Assembly (NCBI GenBank): GCA_951406725.2
Contig: OX597840.1
Coordinates: 1,674,001 to 1,738,000 of the forward strand
Origin: Octopus vulgaris
Lineage: Eukaryota
Length of the DNA: 64,000 nt
Direction of reading: 5' to 3'
Shown here: positions 60,320 to 64,000 of the stretch, piece after piece
How positions within the stretch are numbered: the first letter of the stretch is position 1
Layout: every line of letters starts with the position of its first letter
The notes under the pieces: generated by a model
Told to the model about the DNA's origin: nothing
What the model saw: the letters and a program-made list of their open reading frames with translations, nothing else
Database searches by the model: none
Program-made: the position numbers and the translations under genes

Positions 60320-60468
60320 TGCAAAATCAGAAACGTCCTGATCAAGGAGATGTTATTTGCTAATGATGCCGCTCTGGTCACACTCACAGAAGAAGCCCTC
60401 CAAAGGCTCATTAACTGTTTTGAGCAAGCATGTAACGACTTTAGCTTAGCTATCAGCCTTAAGAAGAC

Positions 60469-60472
<4 letters not shown>
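60320..60472 (+). pseudogene. RTE reverse transcriptase fragment, inverted relative to the adjacent 3' end
   Basis: VLIKEMLFANDAALVTLTEEALQRLINCFEQACNDFSLAISLKKT; the LFADD motif is mutated to LFAND. Confidence 0.85.
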
Positions 60473-60567
<95 letters not shown>

Positions 60568-60620
60568 ATGAAAAAGAAGTGAGGATTGAAAATGCTAAGA
60601 TAATTTTATTAAAAACATTT

Positions 60621-60656
60621 CAGTACCGGGTTCAGTCATTGAGACTTTTTCAACTG
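60621..60656 (-). ncRNA. Degenerate minimal hammerhead-like motif
   Basis: Minus strand: CAG-TTGAAAA-AGTC(tcaat)GACT-GAAC-CCGG-TA-CTG; stems I and II and the CCGG palindrome are kept, core mutated. Confidence 0.45.
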
Positions 60657-60723
60657 TAAGTATGGAAAAGAATTAAATTTAGAAAAATTAAAAGAAAAGT
60701 TTTTAAAAAGAATATTTATGTGT

Positions 60724-60923
<200 letters not shown>

Positions 60924-61098
60924 GTATATGTATATATAGGGGTATGTGACGTAATGATGTCATCGAGACGCAAAGGTGTCAGGTAATGATGTATAAGTGC
61001 GAAAGATAGACAGTAGTTAAGTTCCAGGTTCGGTGATTATGCGAATAAGGGGTCCAGCGTTCGTCATATATCAGCGTGTGTATATACTTTTTTCATTC

Positions 61099-61184
61099 GT
61101 AATGAGATAAAAAACCAGGGCTGAGTAGATTTTAGAACGTTTATTGATAGAAGGTTATTCAGCCCTGGTTTTTTAACTCATTAC
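61099..61184. repeat. Inverted repeat with 29-bp arms
   Basis: GTAATGAGATAAAAAACCAGGGCTGAGTA pairs with TATTCAGCCCTGGTTTTTTAACTCATTAC. Confidence 0.85.
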
Positions 61185-61485
61185 AAATATATATATATAT
61201 ATATAAAATGAGATAGGGGTTGAAAATTCAACCCACCATGGGATAATATATATCCAATATACTGCTAGATAGATGACTGTCCTCACTGCCGAAACAGCTG
61301 TCAGTTTTGATTTATTTGCATATTATATTTGAAATTTTTTTACTTTTACTATTACTGTATATCTCATTTCATTTTATATATTGCCTTTACTCATATGTAA
61401 TGGTGTATTAAAGTATGGATTGAGTATCATCGGATAGTTGATGTTTTACTGATTTAAGTATGTTTCTCCATTCTCTAATTTTGTA

Positions 61486-61682
<197 letters not shown>

Positions 61683-61714
61683 TATATATATATATGTTTA
61701 TATATATATTTTTT

Positions 61715-62048
61715 TACTGTTTATATTTTTGTACTGTCGGTACTGTCTCGTTTTTTTACCATTTTTGTACCATTTTTTACCCCTCTGCGAAAAGATCTCA
61801 GAATTTTAATTGATTTGCTTTTCGCAGGAAGGAAAGTTTCTTGTCGAAGATACGTCTCGCTTTTATCCTTCGAAACGTAGAGTAGATGAAACCTTAGCGA
61901 CTGAAGAAGGGTTTTTTTTCGTTGTGTTAACTATCCTGTACTCCATTTTTTGTTGTTTTTAAACAAATGTCCTGTTCCTTTGGTTTGTGTCTATGTTTTC
62001 GTTTCTCTATGTGTTCGACGTCCCTTTGGTGTCCTGTACTCATATATG
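61715..62048 (+). mobile_element. TA-flanked repeat homologous (inverted) to 11315-11492
   Basis: Shared CTGAAGAAGGG...GTTTTCGTTTCTC...TGGTGTCCTGTACTCATATATGC. Confidence 0.75.
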
Positions 62049-62123
62049 CGTGTATATGTACATGTAGAGGTAGGTACGTACATATATGTTTATATATATG
62101 CATATGTTTTATTTCTTTTATTA

Positions 62124-62198
<75 letters not shown>

Positions 62199-62385
62199 TT
62201 AAATATGTGTGTGTGCATGAAAACTGTTTTGTAAATAAACAATGACAGGGTGAAAATTGTGAAACATATATTATGTGTACAACCGGACAGGAGTCATCTA
62301 AAGGAAGTCCCTAATTACTCATCAGTTATCAACCATATTTTATTACTCCGATTAGTAAGTAAACCCGAGCAGAGACACACACTCG

Positions 62386-62416
<31 letters not shown>

Positions 62417-63233
62417 TAACACACACACACATACACACACATACACACACACACCCGTACGTCATTGGAATATTTTGCATAGCTATTTGGAAACTATACA
62501 TTTGCCAGCCCTGATTCCGAGGCTGACTTATTTTACAGCAGAAATTGTTGGTTCCCAGTGATACTTTTGGCATCGTTAACGCTGTGTTATCATTTGTGGT
62601 GACAACAAAGTTTTAGCCACCATTATTAAACTACTCAACTGCTATACAATGTTTTAACAATCTGTGGGTACGTTTCAACAGATGAAGTGAATTCTCCTGA
62701 GAATTTAAGTAAACTCTGCTATTGTGTGATTAATAGGAAACTGTATAATAAAAAATGTGGCCTCGAAATGTAACTGATGCACAGAATAGGAAATGTGTCA
62801 CAAACAGTTAGACACAGTGAGAAAAAATATTATTGGAAATGTGTTATATGACATGTAGTAGAAAACAATTTTTCATTTTGATTTAAAACAGAATAAAAGT
62901 AGAATAGGATAAAACATGTGGTATAAAAACTTCAAAATCTAAGAACTAAACTCTTTTCTTGGAGAAAATCCATTATATATCCTGAGTCACGTGGTATACA
63001 CAAGAGATTTTAAAACCATTTTATTTTATAGACTCTGGAAAGACGAAATAGAAAGCTGATCTCGTCGGGTTAGAATCAGAACATAAAGTCAGCCATTTTC
63101 TCCGAAGCTGTATAGTTACTGATTTAGGTCCAAATCATTCCTTAATATTGGATCAATACAGGCAGCAGTAAGAAAACGTGTATCAACAACGACAACTATA
63201 ACCATCGTTAAATATGATTGAGAGTATATATAT

Positions 63234-63729
63234 AATCAAAATAAGCAACAAGGATATCCAGAGGTAATGCAGTACGATCGTTTCACGCAACTCCATTTAA
63301 TTGAACAACGTAACCATTACATCAATATAGATGCAAAGCAATCTTCAGCTGCACAAAAACGTAGAATTTAATTAAATTAAAACAGATGAAAATATTAGTA
63401 TAATTTTACCTAAAATCTACAAGACATTAAGGAGAGGGACAAAGAATATGCTACCTTCTCTTCAGCTTAGAAGCTATTCCACATAGTAGCTTCTAAGTGG
63501 AAGTGAAGGCAGCATGATCTTTGTCTATCTCCTTAACGTCTTGGAGATTTTAGGTAAAATTATACTAATGTGTCCATCTGTTTTAATTTGATTAAATTAT
63601 ATGTCTTTGTGAAGCTAAGGATGACTCTACATTTAAGTTGATGTAATGGTTAGATTGTTCAATTAAATGGAGTTGCGTGAAACGATCGTACTGCATTACC
63701 TCTGGATATCTTTGTTGCTTATTTTGGTT
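63234..63729. mobile_element. About 495-bp imperfect palindrome with a hammerhead motif in each arm
   Basis: AAAATAAGCAACAAGGATATCCAGAGGTAATGCAGTACGATCGTTTCACGCAACTCC at the left is mirrored at 63668-63725; centre CTTAGAAGCTA..TAGCTTCTAAG near 63480. Confidence 0.9.
63268..63353 (-). ncRNA. Type-I hammerhead ribozyme motif
   Basis: Minus strand: TGCAG-CTGAAGA-T-TGC...GCG-T-GAAAC-GATC-GTA-CTGCA; perfect 5-bp stem I, stem III ACGATCGT. The mirror copy at 63610-63695 (+) has a mutated core (CTAAGGA). Confidence 0.75.
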
Positions 63730-64000
63730 CTAATCACCTTATTTTTAAATTGTTTGGTTAAAACCGTACTAAATTCTGGTGCCTCAACTTAAGTACCATA
63801 TTCATCTGAATCTAAATTTTGTTGGGTCAAAAGTCTCTCGGAAGTAAATCAATATTCCATAAATTCTTAAGATTGAATTTAATTTTTTTCTCAACATTAG
63901 CCTCTTTATTAGTGAAGTCTCATAAAATATTTTTTTTGTTTTAATCTTGGAATTAAATGGTTTTGATTAACTGTCAGGTGATTTTGGGACAACACTGTAT

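Noticed and set aside
63730-64000. PLE ORF C-terminus next to the palindrome
   Set aside because: Only a weak LKLR/YGFN resemblance across stops and frameshifts, and truncated by the window edge.

Overview
AT-rich, microsatellite-dense eukaryotic non-coding DNA. The SINE repertoire and simple-repeat load suggest a cephalopod (octopus-like) genome; this is inference. No intact host gene is recognisable, and nearly all ORF-track hits are translations of (TA)n, (ATT)n, (CAT)n or (GATA)n. The window holds dozens of tRNA-derived SINE copies (two very abundant families plus rarer ones), decayed LINE pieces (R4/Dong-like RLE, CR1-like, RTE-like), a Penelope-like (PLE) GIY-YIG remnant, a Tigger/pogo-like MITE, a Helitron-like 3' end, SINE-derived tandem arrays (20 bp, 115 bp), a ~475-bp tandem array and four long palindromes. 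The most striking signal is about 15 type-I hammerhead ribozyme-like motifs in short islands mostly next to (TA)n tracts. Each has different flanks but a base-paired stem I and a self-complementary stem III, and several lie in fold-back elements. This is consistent with a diverse population of non-autonomous PLE-related, ribozyme-bearing elements. All structures were read by eye and boundaries are approximate.
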